NCBI GenBank assembly: GCA_040220235.1
Contig: JAVJTO010000094.1
Origin: Coleofasciculus sp. B1-GNL1-01
GTDB lineage: Bacteria; Cyanobacteriota; Cyanobacteriia; Cyanobacteriales; Coleofasciculaceae
DNA: 64,000 nt
Direction: 5' to 3' (one strand)
The position numbers and the translations under genes are program-made. Positions 31,545 to 42,364 of the stretch are shown here, in pieces; position 1 is the first letter of the stretch; each line of letters begins with the position of its first letter. The notes beneath the pieces were generated by a model, which saw only the letters and a list, made by a program, of their open reading frames with translations, was not told the DNA's origin and did no database searches.

Positions 31545-32582
31545 CTACAATTTATTCGTTGGATTCTGCCGAATATATTGTAAGATACCCTGTGCGATCG
31601 CGCTTGCCATTTGGCTCTGGTGTTCGGGTGTCGCTAGGCGTGGGTTATCGTCTTGTCCGGTAACAAATCCAACTTCCACGAGGACGGCGGGTATGGGGTT
31701 ATTCCGCAGCACATAAAATCGGGCTTGTTTCACGCCGCGATCGCGAATCGGAATTGCCTGTAAAATACTGTTATGTATGGTTTGAGCAAGGCTTTGCCCG
31801 TTCGAGTAATAATAGGTTTCCAATCCATTCACATCAGGACGGCGACCAACCGCATTCGCATGGATACTCACAAATAAGTCCGCCTGGGCTTGTTTTGCCA
31901 TCTCCACGCGGGGTGCTAAGTCTACAAAATAATCGCTGGTTCGAGTGAGAATTACTTGAATTCCTTGTTGCTGTAAAATGGCGGCAACTTGTTGAGAAAT
32001 GGGCAAAATTACATCCTTTTCCCGCAATCCATTTAACCCAACTGCACCGGGATCTTTTCCCCCATGTCCGGGATCAATCATAACCACAATACGGCGGTTG
32101 GGAACTTGGGAGAGATTGAAGGGAGAATTGCTGGTTGTCGGGGATATGACAGGATTTTGCGACGGTAGGGGGGTTGGTGTGGTTAATTGGACAACTCGTT
32201 GCGGTGGTGGTAACTGCACTGTCCACATCCGAGGGGAGAATCCTTTCAATAGAACTTGTTGGGGATTAATCGTATAACCCGGATTAAACTCAATCACCAA
32301 GCGCGTGGTTTGGGGGTTCAATTGACTGACACGCACTACCCGCACTGCACCACCAACGAATTGTTCTAATTTGGCATTCTCTAGGGGGATACCGGGTAAA
32401 TCAATTACCAGGCGGTTGGGATTGGCAAGAAATTGTCCTCTGGGTTGTACGCCTTCGTCAGTGGTAAAGACGAGTTGATTTTGATTCACATCAAAGCGCC
32501 AGGAGAGCAATCTCGCCGCTTGCGCTGGAAAGGAGAGCAAAAAAAAGCCGAGAAAACTGGGAAGTAGCCAGTGCAGTTTCAC
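31545..32582 (-). CDS. AMIN-domain N-acetylmuramoyl-L-alanine amidase (AmiC-like)
   Basis: Signal peptide, AMIN (NPNRLVIDLPG), Amidase_3 motifs IDPGHGG, SIHAN, LVEVGF; GTG start at 32582 likely. Confidence 0.92.
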   Translation of the reverse strand: MKLHWLLPSFLGFFLLSFPAQAARLLSWRFDVNQNQLVFTTDEGVQPRGQFLANPNRLVIDLPGIPLENAKLEQFVGGAVRVVRVSQLNPQTTRLVIEFNPGYTINPQQVLLKGFSPRMWTVQLPPPQRVVQLTTPTPLPSQNPVISPTTSNSPFNLSQVPNRRIVVMIDPGHGGKDPGAVGLNGLREKDVILPISQQVAAILQQQGIQVILTRTSDYFVDLAPRVEMAKQAQADLFVSIHANAVGRRPDVNGLETYYYSNGQSLAQTIHNSILQAIPIRDRGVKQARFYVLRNNPIPAVLVEVGFVTGQDDNPRLATPEHQSQMASAIAQGILQYIRQNPTNKL

Positions 32583-32812
32583 CGTTAAAGTTCCCTTACA
32601 TAAATGAATGACGAATGACACTATCCACCGTTAACTTTAATTGTGTCCACCCACTTATTGTTTTGAATAAGAGTAAAAGTGGCTTTCTCGATTTTAAAAG
32701 GAGGATTTGAGATTGTCTCGCACCTGATGGAGTTAAATGTTAATTGTTTACACTTGAGAGACTTCCCAATCAGGAGAATTTCCCTTATGTCAAACCAACG
32801 GCTATAGCAATT

Positions 32813-32956
32813 CTACCCTTCAATATCCTTATCGTTGATTAGCACATACATCCAGACAACGACAACCGCCGTCACCAGCAGCAGGGGGTATTCAGGCAGC
32901 GCCGCTAAGATTACAATAATCTCCAGGATGGTTTTAAGGTCTTCAAATCGTTTCAT
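32813..32956 (-). CDS. Putative 47-aa membrane peptide divergent from the HTH-AAA gene
   Basis: MKRFEDLKTILEIIVILAALPEYPLLLVTAVVVVWMYVLINDKDIEG; below the ORF-track cutoff. Confidence 0.4.
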   Translation of the reverse strand: MKRFEDLKTILEIIVILAALPEYPLLLVTAVVVVWMYVLINDKDIEG

Positions 32957-33089
32957 TGAATCAGATTGAACTCTTAATCCCATTCAAGGAGAAGGCTAGG
33001 TGAGTACCGGGTTGAGAAATTTGGCTGAAGTGGCTGACTTCTGGCTAACTTTGAGTTGACCTGAATTGACTTTTCGCTGATTATGAATA

Positions 33090-34181
33090 ATGGCGCGATC
33101 GCTTAAAGTTGCCCCAGAGTACATAAACCACGTCAAATCAGCACTTCGGCGCAATGGCTACCCCAGCCAAAAGAAGTTTGCTGAACACGTTACCCCATCG
33201 TTATCCACGGTTAAAAAATTCCTCAATGGCGAACCCGTTGATTTTGAGTATTTTGTCGAACTGTGTGACGCATTGGGGTTAAACTGGCGAGATATTTTTT
33301 TAGATGAGTCAGACAATCCGCCCTCTCCTCATGACTCAAACCCAACCCTGGAGGAGTCTTCACCCTTCATCACCGGGACACCCATCACCCATCCCCGCTA
33401 TTTTTTTGGACGCAAACGAGAACTCAAACGCCTGTTCAATTTACTCAAACGCCATCCCCTACAAAATGCAGCGATTATCGGGAAGCGGCGCATCGGCAAA
33501 ACCTCCCTGTTGCACTACTTGAAAACTATTACCACGACGCCACCGGAGGAATTACGTCCCGGTCAAAAGTCGGACTGGTTACCCTATCCCGAACGCTACT
33601 GTTGGATATTTGTGGATTTTCAGGATACACGGATGGCAAGCCAAGAAAAATTGCTGGGTTATATTCTGGAAGGCATGAATATGAAAGTGCCGAAGCCTTG
33701 TCACCTGGATTATTTTATGGATGTGGTGAGTAGCCATTTGCATTCACCCACCGTTATTTTATTGGATGAAATTGGTGTGGGATTGCAACGTTGTCCAGAA
33801 TTAGATGATGGGTTTTGGGAAAGTTTACGGTCTTTAGCCACGAATCAGACAGGGGGAAATCTGGCTTTTATTTTAGCCACACCGGAATCTCCCCTGGATT
33901 TGGCGTCTCATACGGGACATAGTTCTCCCTTTTTCAATATCTTTGGCTATACCGCCTATCTGGGCGCATTGACGGAGGCGGAAGCGCGGGAATTGATTGA
34001 TAGTTCACCGATTCCGTTTCCAGTTGAGGATGTAGCCTGGATTTTGGAGAAAAGTCAATGTTTACCCCTACTGCTGCAAATTCTGTGTCGCGAACGTTTG
34101 TTTAGTTTGGAAGAGGGGGAAACGGGAGATAATTGGCGGGAGGAGGCGTTAAAACAGATAGAACCCTTCACGAATTTGTAG
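33090..34181 (+). CDS. XRE-like HTH plus STAND-like AAA ATPase
   Basis: N-terminal HTH (SQKKFAE...LSTVKKFLNG); FFGRKREL, Walker A GKRRIGKT, Walker B VILLDE. Confidence 0.85.
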   Translation: MARSLKVAPEYINHVKSALRRNGYPSQKKFAEHVTPSLSTVKKFLNGEPVDFEYFVELCDALGLNWRDIFLDESDNPPSPHDSNPTLEESSPFITGTPITHPRYFFGRKRELKRLFNLLKRHPLQNAAIIGKRRIGKTSLLHYLKTITTTPPEELRPGQKSDWLPYPERYCWIFVDFQDTRMASQEKLLGYILEGMNMKVPKPCHLDYFMDVVSSHLHSPTVILLDEIGVGLQRCPELDDGFWESLRSLATNQTGGNLAFILATPESPLDLASHTGHSSPFFNIFGYTAYLGALTEAEARELIDSSPIPFPVEDVAWILEKSQCLPLLLQILCRERLFSLEEGETGDNWREEALKQIEPFTNL

Positions 34182-34291
34182 AGAACCCAGTTTTTATGTA
34201 GGGTGGGCAAGATTTATAAACCTTCAAACGCTTACATTATCGTTGGTTGCTCTTGCCCACCCTACGGTAACTTACGCTAGAGAGGTAAACC

Positions 34292-34909
34292 ATGTCATTT
34301 AGCAGTTATAAAAGTATTGGCGTCGTCGCTAAAACGTTTCAGATCAAATATATTCGAGACAATTTTATTACCGAGATTGAATTTGACGTGAGTGATAGTT
34401 TCCGGAATGAATTAGAGTTAATTTTAAATGAGGGGGTGTTTGACAATTCCGAGATGGCGATTTGTGAAACGATTATTTATCCCATATTAAAAGAAGTTTG
34501 GAAAGCTTATCGCCGCAATTTCCTGCTTTGGAGTCACCAAGCCTTGACCTACGATGAAAACTTATCGGGGACTCCTGATTATATCGTGGCAAAGCGCTCT
34601 CCCTTGGGGACAGTGGTGTTCGATAAGCCCTATTTTGTAGTGGTTGAGGCAAAGAAGGAGAGTGATTTTACTGAAGGATGGGGGCAATGTTTGGCAGAGA
34701 TGGTGGCGGTGCAGAAAATTAACAATGATCCAGAACAACGGATATTTGGTGTTGTTTCCAATGGGGCGATATGGCAGTTTGGTCAACTGATATCTGATGA
34801 GTTTACCCAAAATAAGCGGTTTTATACAATTCAGGACTTGGAGCGGTTATTTGCTGCCGTAAATTATGTTTTTCAACAATGTGAGTTACAGTTGGATCAG
34901 CAATTGTAA
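34292..34909 (+). CDS. Hypothetical protein, PD-(D/E)XK / HsdR-N-like fold
   Basis: GTPDY...VVEAKK...GWGQCLAEM...GVVSNG.WQF; paralog of 40686-41291. Confidence 0.75.
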   Translation: MSFSSYKSIGVVAKTFQIKYIRDNFITEIEFDVSDSFRNELELILNEGVFDNSEMAICETIIYPILKEVWKAYRRNFLLWSHQALTYDENLSGTPDYIVAKRSPLGTVVFDKPYFVVVEAKKESDFTEGWGQCLAEMVAVQKINNDPEQRIFGVVSNGAIWQFGQLISDEFTQNKRFYTIQDLERLFAAVNYVFQQCELQLDQQL

Positions 34910-34966
34910 CTCGTTATCGCGAATTTATATTACAATTCACAGAGTCACATTTTAACAAAAACTGAG

Positions 34967-37327
34967 ATGTCTTACCCCTCGGTTCCCCGCAACGCCTACA
35001 CTGATGCACCTGAGCAGCACCCGAACTTTATTTTGGGGAGTTTGCAATTGCTGTTCTGGCTGTTCTTTCATCCCTCAGCGTTTCGTAACCATCTCAAACG
35101 CATTGATCCTACCTTGGACTTCCACAATAACCGAATAAATTCGCTGTGCTGGCGAAACTTAGCATTATGGAAGCTTCTGTTTCAGGGATACATCATTGTA
35201 CCGATGATAATGAGTTTGTTGTTTGCAGCAGACACTTTATATCGAGGGGAATTGAATGCTAATGCTATTGTCTCTCTCATAGTATGGGATGTACTGTTCG
35301 TGATATTTGGTGTGGTTGAAGGTGTGGGGGGAGGTGTGGGGGTAGGCGTGGCGCAAGGTGTGGGGGTAGGCGTGGCTTTTGGTGTGGTGTTTGGCATGGC
35401 ACGAGGCGTGGGTGTAGGCGTGGCTTTTGGCGTTAGAGTAGGCATAGTAGGAGGCGTGGGTGTAGGCGTGGCTTTTGGCGTTAGAGTAGGCGTTATATAT
35501 GCCGTTAATGGCGTTAGAGTAAGCATAGTGGAAGCGGTGATGGCTGTCGTGATGGCTGTCGTGATATATGGCGTAATGCATTACGTGAGGTATGGCGTGA
35601 TGTACTGTGTGGGAGTCACAATGCAATTGTGGCGACCTATCGTAACCTATCCCTTGGTCACTCTATGGAATGCACTGCTTTATCGTCTTGACCTGAAACG
35701 CCTAGATACAAAATCTTGCTTTCTGCGCTGGCATTCAGCCTTTTGGGACGAGCGGCAAAGTTTACGCCTCCCTGAACTAGACCAGCACCTTGTCCTAGTC
35801 TGGGAACGCAACCCTACCGAGGGAAAAGCTGCCATTGACTATCTCAATAGTAGCCCGCAACGTTGGGCTGCTCAAGCAGCACAGATTGAACTGGATGCTA
35901 GAAAATTAGAATACTGTACTGATATCGATTCTATCCGTAACGTTTATAGCACATTTGCTTCAGGAAACTTGGAAGGCTCTCCTAACCCAATTTTGTATAA
36001 ATTTAACTATATCAGTGCCGATGTAGATGCCGCTTTCAACCAGAATAGTCTCTATAACCAACGCATCGCTCTGGAAAATGTCGCCAAAACTCTAGAGCTT
36101 TTTATCGAAGAATTAACTAGAAGTAGTAATCAATACGCTCCTCGCTTTCGTCGCATTGCCATTCATTGGCAGCAAATAGTTGTTGAGTACGTACAAACAT
36201 TAATCGCAGCCACTGAACTACGCCAAGAAATTGATGATCCTTACATCTTTGGTGTACCCCTAAATGAACAGGTTAAACTCTTCATGGGACGCACTAGCAT
36301 TGGGCTTCGCATCGAAAAATTAATCCTAGACCGTCGCCGCCCTCCCTTACTCCTCTATGGTCAGCGACGTATGGGCAAAACCTCTCTGCTGAATAACTTA
36401 GGACGCCTCCTCCCGAATTCCATCATCCCCATGTTCGTCGATTTACAAGGCGCACCCACATCAGCGAGTGACCATGCGGGTTTTCTCTATAATCTTGCCA
36501 AAGGGATGACCTATTCGGCTAAACGGCAAGCTGGTTTAACCCTACCTCCCCTCACCCGCGAAGCCTTAACCTCTGACCCCTTTACGACCTTTGATGAATG
36601 GCTGGATAAAGTTGAACAAACACTAGAAAAAAACACCGCACTCCTAGCATTAGACGAATTCGAGGTACTGGATAAAGCCTTAACCGAAGGACGTTTCAGC
36701 GAAACCGATGTCCTAGGGATGCTACGCCATCTTATCCAACACCGCCCCCGCTTTAAAGTCTTACTGGCTGGCTCTCATACTATCAAAGAATTTCAGCGCT
36801 GGGCGAGTTACTTGATTAACGTTCAGGTTGTCCATATCAGTTACCTGAACGAACCCGAAGCCCGCCAACTGATTGAACGCCCCATCCCAGAGTTTACCCT
36901 ACGCTATGAACCCGATGCGGTTGAGCGAGTCCTCTCCCTAACCCGATGTCATCCCTGCTTGGTACAATTACTCTGCTCTGAGATTGTCGCCCTGAAAAAT
37001 GAGCAAGAGGTATCGATTCGCCGACTAGCAACTGTGGCTGATGTGGAAGCCGCTATACCCGAAGCCTTAAGCAGTGGTAGCTTCTTCTTTGCCGATATCG
37101 AACGCAATCAAGTGGATGAGTTGGGATTGGCGATACTGCGCTTTTTAGCCGCACAAGGGGAAGGGGCGAGTATTGGTAAGGTGGTTTTATCCCGCGAGTT
37201 TCCTGCTCCTCTGAATCCTAGCCTCAATTTACTGTTGCAACGGGAGTTAATTGAAGATAGTGGTGGCGGCTACTGCTTCCAAGTGGAGTTAATCCGGCGC
37301 TGGTTTGCCAGAGAGACAGGGGAGTAA
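34967..37327 (+). CDS. Membrane-anchored STAND-like AAA ATPase with Gly/Val-rich TM repeats
   Basis: TM region with (GVGVGVAFGV)n repeats; DPYIFGVPL...FMGR, Walker A GQRRMGKT, Walker B LALDEFE; C-terminal wHTH-like segment. Confidence 0.85.
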   Translation: MSYPSVPRNAYTDAPEQHPNFILGSLQLLFWLFFHPSAFRNHLKRIDPTLDFHNNRINSLCWRNLALWKLLFQGYIIVPMIMSLLFAADTLYRGELNANAIVSLIVWDVLFVIFGVVEGVGGGVGVGVAQGVGVGVAFGVVFGMARGVGVGVAFGVRVGIVGGVGVGVAFGVRVGVIYAVNGVRVSIVEAVMAVVMAVVIYGVMHYVRYGVMYCVGVTMQLWRPIVTYPLVTLWNALLYRLDLKRLDTKSCFLRWHSAFWDERQSLRLPELDQHLVLVWERNPTEGKAAIDYLNSSPQRWAAQAAQIELDARKLEYCTDIDSIRNVYSTFASGNLEGSPNPILYKFNYISADVDAAFNQNSLYNQRIALENVAKTLELFIEELTRSSNQYAPRFRRIAIHWQQIVVEYVQTLIAATELRQEIDDPYIFGVPLNEQVKLFMGRTSIGLRIEKLILDRRRPPLLLYGQRRMGKTSLLNNLGRLLPNSIIPMFVDLQGAPTSASDHAGFLYNLAKGMTYSAKRQAGLTLPPLTREALTSDPFTTFDEWLDKVEQTLEKNTALLALDEFEVLDKALTEGRFSETDVLGMLRHLIQHRPRFKVLLAGSHTIKEFQRWASYLINVQVVHISYLNEPEARQLIERPIPEFTLRYEPDAVERVLSLTRCHPCLVQLLCSEIVALKNEQEVSIRRLATVADVEAAIPEALSSGSFFFADIERNQVDELGLAILRFLAAQGEGASIGKVVLSREFPAPLNPSLNLLLQRELIEDSGGGYCFQVELIRRWFARETGE

Positions 37328-37451
37328 TATCTTGAGTTTGTCGTTGTGCAGTCTTCGCCCTACGCGATCGCAGGGAGAATAGCGCGTGTAAGACCTCAAG
37401 CTCGGCAATGCGTGGTGAGCCGTCAACCGTTCGGCGTTCAACTGGTAGGAA

Positions 37452-37976
37452 TCACTGTCCTTGTAGGGCGGCGAGGATGTCAAAAATAATCTCCCGTTGT
37501 TGGGCATCATATTGCCAACGTTCCAGAAACGTCTTATAACTTCCCTCTCCGGTTATGGCACTTTCCCGTAACGCCACTACTTTTTCCTGCACTTGAGGGA
37601 GATTAATTTGTTCAATTAAATGGATCGTTCGTCTTCGCACTCGATCCGATCCTTGCGCCATGGCTTCATTCTGATTCCGACGGTGGGTAATCGCCATGGC
37701 AGCGGACATGGCTAAGTTTTTCACCAACAGTTCAGCGACGGTATCCGGTGAGGATTGCAGGGCTTGAATTACCTCTGGCGAGGGAGTATCCGCTACACTG
37801 TCGTCAGCGGTGAGGTACGTGACAAAGAACCCTCTAGCACCATTTGTGGTTTTCACCAACTGGGCGATCGCACTCGCCGCGTCTACTTGGGAGAGTTCAC
37901 CGGATGACAGTTGCGTCATCAGGGATTGAGTGAGTGCGATCGCCTCTTCAAAGGTCACATTGTCTGGAATATCCAC
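37452..37976 (-). CDS. Conserved cyanobacterial hypothetical protein
   Basis: NGARGFFVTYLT, LVKNLAMS and FLERWQYD motifs. Confidence 0.75.
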   Translation of the reverse strand: MDIPDNVTFEEAIALTQSLMTQLSSGELSQVDAASAIAQLVKTTNGARGFFVTYLTADDSVADTPSPEVIQALQSSPDTVAELLVKNLAMSAAMAITHRRNQNEAMAQGSDRVRRRTIHLIEQINLPQVQEKVVALRESAITGEGSYKTFLERWQYDAQQREIIFDILAALQGQ

Positions 37977-38034
37977 CTGATTCCATCTCGTAATAAAATG
38001 CTAGTCAAGTTATCTTGATCCAAAATTAATCCTA

Positions 38035-38994
38035 ATGCAAGCACTTTGGCTGGAAAACAACCAACTGCAACTCCGCCAAGACGTTCCCATTCCGCAGCCC
38101 CCACCGGGAGAAGCCTTGGTGCGAGTTGTGCAGGCGGGTATCTGTAACACGGACTTGGAATTAATTCGAGGCTATTACCCCTATAAAGGTATTTTAGGGC
38201 ATGAGTTCGTTGGTGTTGTTGAACAAGGATCGACTGAGTTACAGGGACAACGAGTTGTTGGCGAGATTAACGCCGTCTGTGGGCAATGTCACTATTGTCA
38301 AAGTGGACAATCAACCCACTGCGAAAACCGCACCGTACTCGGAATTGCCAACCGTCATGGGGCGTTTGCTGAGTATCTTAGTTTACCCATCGAGAACTTG
38401 CATCGAGTCCCCGATAATTTACCCACAGATTTAGCGACGTTTACCGAACCTGTCGCCGCCGCCTTGGAAATTCAGCAGCAAGTCAGGGTGAGTTCGACGG
38501 AACGAGTGTTGGTGGTGGGCGATGGGAAACTGGGACAATTAGTCGCCCAAACCCTTGCCCTAACCGGATGTGACTTGTTAGTGGTGGGGCGTCATCGGCA
38601 TAAGTTGGCAAATTTATCGGCACGCGGGATTAATGTGGGATTCGCCGATGCGATCGCCAAACGATCGTTTGATATTGCTGTAGAGTGTACGGGGAATCCG
38701 GCTGGATTTGAACTCGCCCGCCGCGCTTTACGTCCACGAGGTATTTTAGTCCTGAAAAGTACGTATGCGGGTCAGTTAACCTTTGATGCTTCCTCTCTGG
38801 TTGTAGACGAAATTACCCTAATTGGGTCCCGTTGTGGTCCGTTTGCCCCCGCCCTTGAGTTACTGGCGTCAGGACAGGTGGATGTGAAACCGCTGATTCA
38901 GGGTCATTATCCGTTACGAGAGGGACTTAAAGCAGTTGAACAGGCAAAAACTAAGGGCGTGTTAAAGGTTTTATTGGATATGAGTAATGAGTAG
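38035..38994 (+). CDS. Zinc-dependent MDR-family alcohol dehydrogenase-like protein
   Basis: GICNTD, GHEFVG, CxxCxxC...C structural zinc site, GDGKLG. Confidence 0.92.
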   Translation: MQALWLENNQLQLRQDVPIPQPPPGEALVRVVQAGICNTDLELIRGYYPYKGILGHEFVGVVEQGSTELQGQRVVGEINAVCGQCHYCQSGQSTHCENRTVLGIANRHGAFAEYLSLPIENLHRVPDNLPTDLATFTEPVAAALEIQQQVRVSSTERVLVVGDGKLGQLVAQTLALTGCDLLVVGRHRHKLANLSARGINVGFADAIAKRSFDIAVECTGNPAGFELARRALRPRGILVLKSTYAGQLTFDASSLVVDEITLIGSRCGPFAPALELLASGQVDVKPLIQGHYPLREGLKAVEQAKTKGVLKVLLDMSNE

Positions 38995-39135
38995 TTGGTC
39001 TTATGTCTTATGTCTTATGTCCTTTGTCATTCGTAAGGGTTTGAGGACTATTTACAACCTTAATAGAGTTAAGTTTATTTTCATCAACCTACTTAGGATG
39101 AGTGTTCAGGATAAAAATAGGGAGGGTCAAGTCGG

Positions 39136-39798
39136 GTGCAAATCGGATGGTTAGCAGATAAACAGACAAGGGCGAAGGCGATCGAATTGACCAATGTTAT
39201 TCGTTTTTTTGCCAATCGCGGTTGGACACCCGCCACCAGTTCTAATTTCTCGTTCGTTAAGGATCAGGAACAAAAAGCCTTTGTCATTTCCCGGTCTGGA
39301 CAGGATAAAAGCCAGTTTAAACCCAATCATTTCATGCTCATCGACGAACGAGGTCAAGCCATTGAACCAAAACAGGCAAAACCCTCAGCCGAAACCTTAA
39401 TTCACCTGAGTCTTTATAACTGGCAACCGATTGAATGTGTCCTGCATACCCATTCCCCGGCGTCTACAGTGTTGTCAATGAAATATGCTGGATTAGGAAC
39501 AGATTTTACCCATCCCAGTCAAATAACCTTTACTGGCTATGAAATTAAAAAAGCCTTTGATGGAATTGACACCCATGATACAACCGTAACGCTGCCGATT
39601 TTCCCCAATTCCCAAAACATGGTAGAATTTGCGAACAATTTGGCTCACTATTTAGCCAGGAGTGATGAGTTATTTGGCTTCGCGATCGCGGGTCATGGAT
39701 TATATACCTGGGGAAACACGATTCAGGCGGCGAAACGTCATGTTGAAGCCTGGGAATTTCTGTTCGAGTGCCGTTTATTGGAGTTAAGGATTGGATGA
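39136..39798 (+). CDS. mtnB: Methylthioribulose-1-phosphate dehydratase
   Basis: WTPATSSNFS, KPSAETLIH, LHTHS, GHGLYTWG; start codon uncertain. Confidence 0.92.
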   Translation: MQIGWLADKQTRAKAIELTNVIRFFANRGWTPATSSNFSFVKDQEQKAFVISRSGQDKSQFKPNHFMLIDERGQAIEPKQAKPSAETLIHLSLYNWQPIECVLHTHSPASTVLSMKYAGLGTDFTHPSQITFTGYEIKKAFDGIDTHDTTVTLPIFPNSQNMVEFANNLAHYLARSDELFGFAIAGHGLYTWGNTIQAAKRHVEAWEFLFECRLLELRIG

Positions 39799-40502
39799 CT
39801 GTTAAACTCACTGATATCAACTATATTTTGTTGGATATTGAAGGCACAACCTCGGATATTCAATTTGTCCATAAGGTGATGTTTCCTTACTCCAGAGAAC
39901 GGTTAGACCAGTTTGTATTAAACCATCAGAATTTAGATGAGGTAGTTGAGGCGATTGAGTTGACCAAGCAAACGGTTAAAGCCGAACAAGGACAAGACAT
40001 TGATTTAGAGGGCGCGATCGCCACTTTACTCCACTGGATTGATAGCGATCGCAAACATCCCGCCCTGAAATCGATTCAAGGACTCATCTGGAAAAACGGA
40101 TTCGAGACAGGGGCATTTGAATCACATCTCTATCCCGATGTCAAGCCTCAGTTAGAAGACTGGGCGCGATCGGGGTTAAAATTAGGCATTTATTCCTCTG
40201 GGTCAATTGCCACTCAAAAAATGTTTTTCAGCCACACCGTAGAGGGAGATCTCACCCCACTCATTGCTAACTATTTCGATTTAACCACGGGGAGTAAAAA
40301 AGAAGCGATGAGTTACGAGAAGATTATCGATAGTTTAGAACTAGCCCCCAATCAAATCGTCTTCTTTTCCGACGTTCCAGCGGAATTAGTTGCAGCGCGA
40401 CAAAAAGGGTTGCAAGTGATTCATGTCAAGCGAGAGGGAACCGAATCTTGGTCTGACGTACCCGAAGTAGAATCCTTTCAAGAGGTATCATTTATCTCCT
40501 AA
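39795..40502 (+). CDS. mtnC: Acireductone synthase (enolase-phosphatase E1)
   Basis: HAD motif DIEGTT, DRKHPALKSIQG, YSSGS; ATGA overlap with mtnB. Confidence 0.93.
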   Translation: MTVKLTDINYILLDIEGTTSDIQFVHKVMFPYSRERLDQFVLNHQNLDEVVEAIELTKQTVKAEQGQDIDLEGAIATLLHWIDSDRKHPALKSIQGLIWKNGFETGAFESHLYPDVKPQLEDWARSGLKLGIYSSGSIATQKMFFSHTVEGDLTPLIANYFDLTTGSKKEAMSYEKIIDSLELAPNQIVFFSDVPAELVAARQKGLQVIHVKREGTESWSDVPEVESFQEVSFIS

Positions 40503-40685
40503 GTTCGTAGTTGCGCTTGTAGTTGCGCTTGTAGTTGCGCTTGTAGTTGCGCTTTAGCGCCATCAACGTTTGCATCACCCCCTACAATTTATGATAGATG
40601 CCAGGAAATAAATTTCCGGCTGAAAGCTTACTACATTAAACGCTTTTCACCCTGCCCTCTAGCTGCTGTCTTCTGCTTTCTGCCT

Positions 40686-41291
40686 TTATTCCTGCTGTAT
40701 CATCCACACCAAAAAGGCTAAAATTTGCTCAACGGGTGGTAGAGGATAAACGATTAAATCAATCGTGACAGTAGTGGCTTCTAATTTAAGAAATTGCCAT
40801 TGGTTACCATTACTAACTGTACCATAGATACATTGAAGCGGTTGTTCCTTAGCGATATTAAATTTCTGGGCAGCCACCATTTCCGCCACACATTGACCAA
40901 TTCCCGATTTAAGATTAGCTTGTTTCGCCTCCACAATCACAACCGCCGGGGCTTCAATGTCTAAAAGTTCGGGGGAACGACTGATCAGGAAGTCACAACG
41001 TCCATTAAGTCCCAGTGATTCATCGACGTTAAAGTCTTCGCCAGAAAATAAACTAATTTGACGGTTCAAAATGCGCCGTACTTCCACTAAAACTGGGCTA
41101 ATAATTAATTCAGATCTGGCTTTCTCACTTCCTGTCGCTACAGCGAGAGGGAGATTTTCGTCCAGAATGGCGGCTAAGGTAGAACTAGGTTGAACTGGGT
41201 CAATTTCCGGCAAAAATCGAATCCCTTCTGCTGTCGTGAGATTGAAGGCTTCTTTGGCTTTAGCAAGCGTGGTGAATTGACTGTATGGCAT
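40686..41291 (-). CDS. Hypothetical protein, PD-(D/E)XK / HsdR-N-like fold
   Basis: SEKARSELII, GRCDF, VEAK, GQCVAEM, NGNQWQF. Confidence 0.78.
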   Translation of the reverse strand: MPYSQFTTLAKAKEAFNLTTAEGIRFLPEIDPVQPSSTLAAILDENLPLAVATGSEKARSELIISPVLVEVRRILNRQISLFSGEDFNVDESLGLNGRCDFLISRSPELLDIEAPAVVIVEAKQANLKSGIGQCVAEMVAAQKFNIAKEQPLQCIYGTVSNGNQWQFLKLEATTVTIDLIVYPLPPVEQILAFLVWMIQQE

Positions 41292-42364
41292 GATTATCCT
41301 ATCTAATCAAATCCGTTCATACCTCAGAACGTAGATAAATCCAAAACAAAGCCAGGACAGGGCGACCCGATCGCATTGAATGGAATGGTGTTGTTGATTA
41401 AACCAAGCGGGTCGCCCCTACAGGAAAATTATCGGGGTTTGGGTTGTGGTATCCGGGATGAATAAAGGGTCTATGGTTGCTTGATCTTATCTATATAGTA
41501 AGACCCGATCGCCCAATCGTATCTATCCCGATCCAAGCAACGCGATCGCACGTTTCCCCCTTATTCCCTCACTTCTTCCCACTCCCAGGAAGACGGGGAA
41601 GCATCACTCCCCAGTCTGCACCTGTTTATTTCCACCACCTGATTGAGATAAGGAAAACTTTTAGGCTTTAGGCTTGCGTTTTAATCATTTAAAGTTCATC
41701 AAACTTAACAGGGCAGAAAACGTCACGGGTCAATCCTGATTTGATCAGGGTTTGAGGTTGTAGTACAATGTTAACTTAATCCTGTATTGTGTTATTTTTA
41801 TGGTAAATTTTTAACTTTAAACGCTTCAAAGCCTTATAAATACGTTAATTTTTCCCGTGTCGCTGCGGCAAAATTGAAACACGACAAGTATCTTACATTA
41901 CCCAATTTTCTCAACTCAGATCGAGGCAAAATTGACAAATAACCATTTTCATGCATCTGAGGCTTAATCAAAAAGGGACAACTGGGGGGAATGGGAATGC
42001 AACTCGCCAGGAATTAGAGGAAGTGCGATCGCATAAGACACAGATCATCGAATCTCTGCTTGAGTCAACAAATTGAGGAACCAGCGACTGGATGGTAGGG
42101 AAGAAATAGGGTGCGATCGCACAGCGACTCAACCCAAATAATTCTCTTTATACAGTTGCGCGGTCTTCGCTTTAAATTGAGGACAGGGCGACCCGATCGC
42201 ATTGAATAGAGTGGTGTTGTTAATTAAACCAAGCGGGTCGCCCCTACAGGAAGGAATTTGACAAAAGTACATTCAGTTATCCCTGTTTGACTTGTAGGGA
42301 ATCACCGATCCTTTTAGGTCGGTGAGAATGTCAACGATATCCTGCATCAGACTTTTTATCTCGA

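Noticed and set aside
41430..42180. Long non-coding stretch between two near-identical REP elements; possible sRNA or cargo
   Set aside because: No convincing ORF, RNA motif or terminator could be identified by eye.
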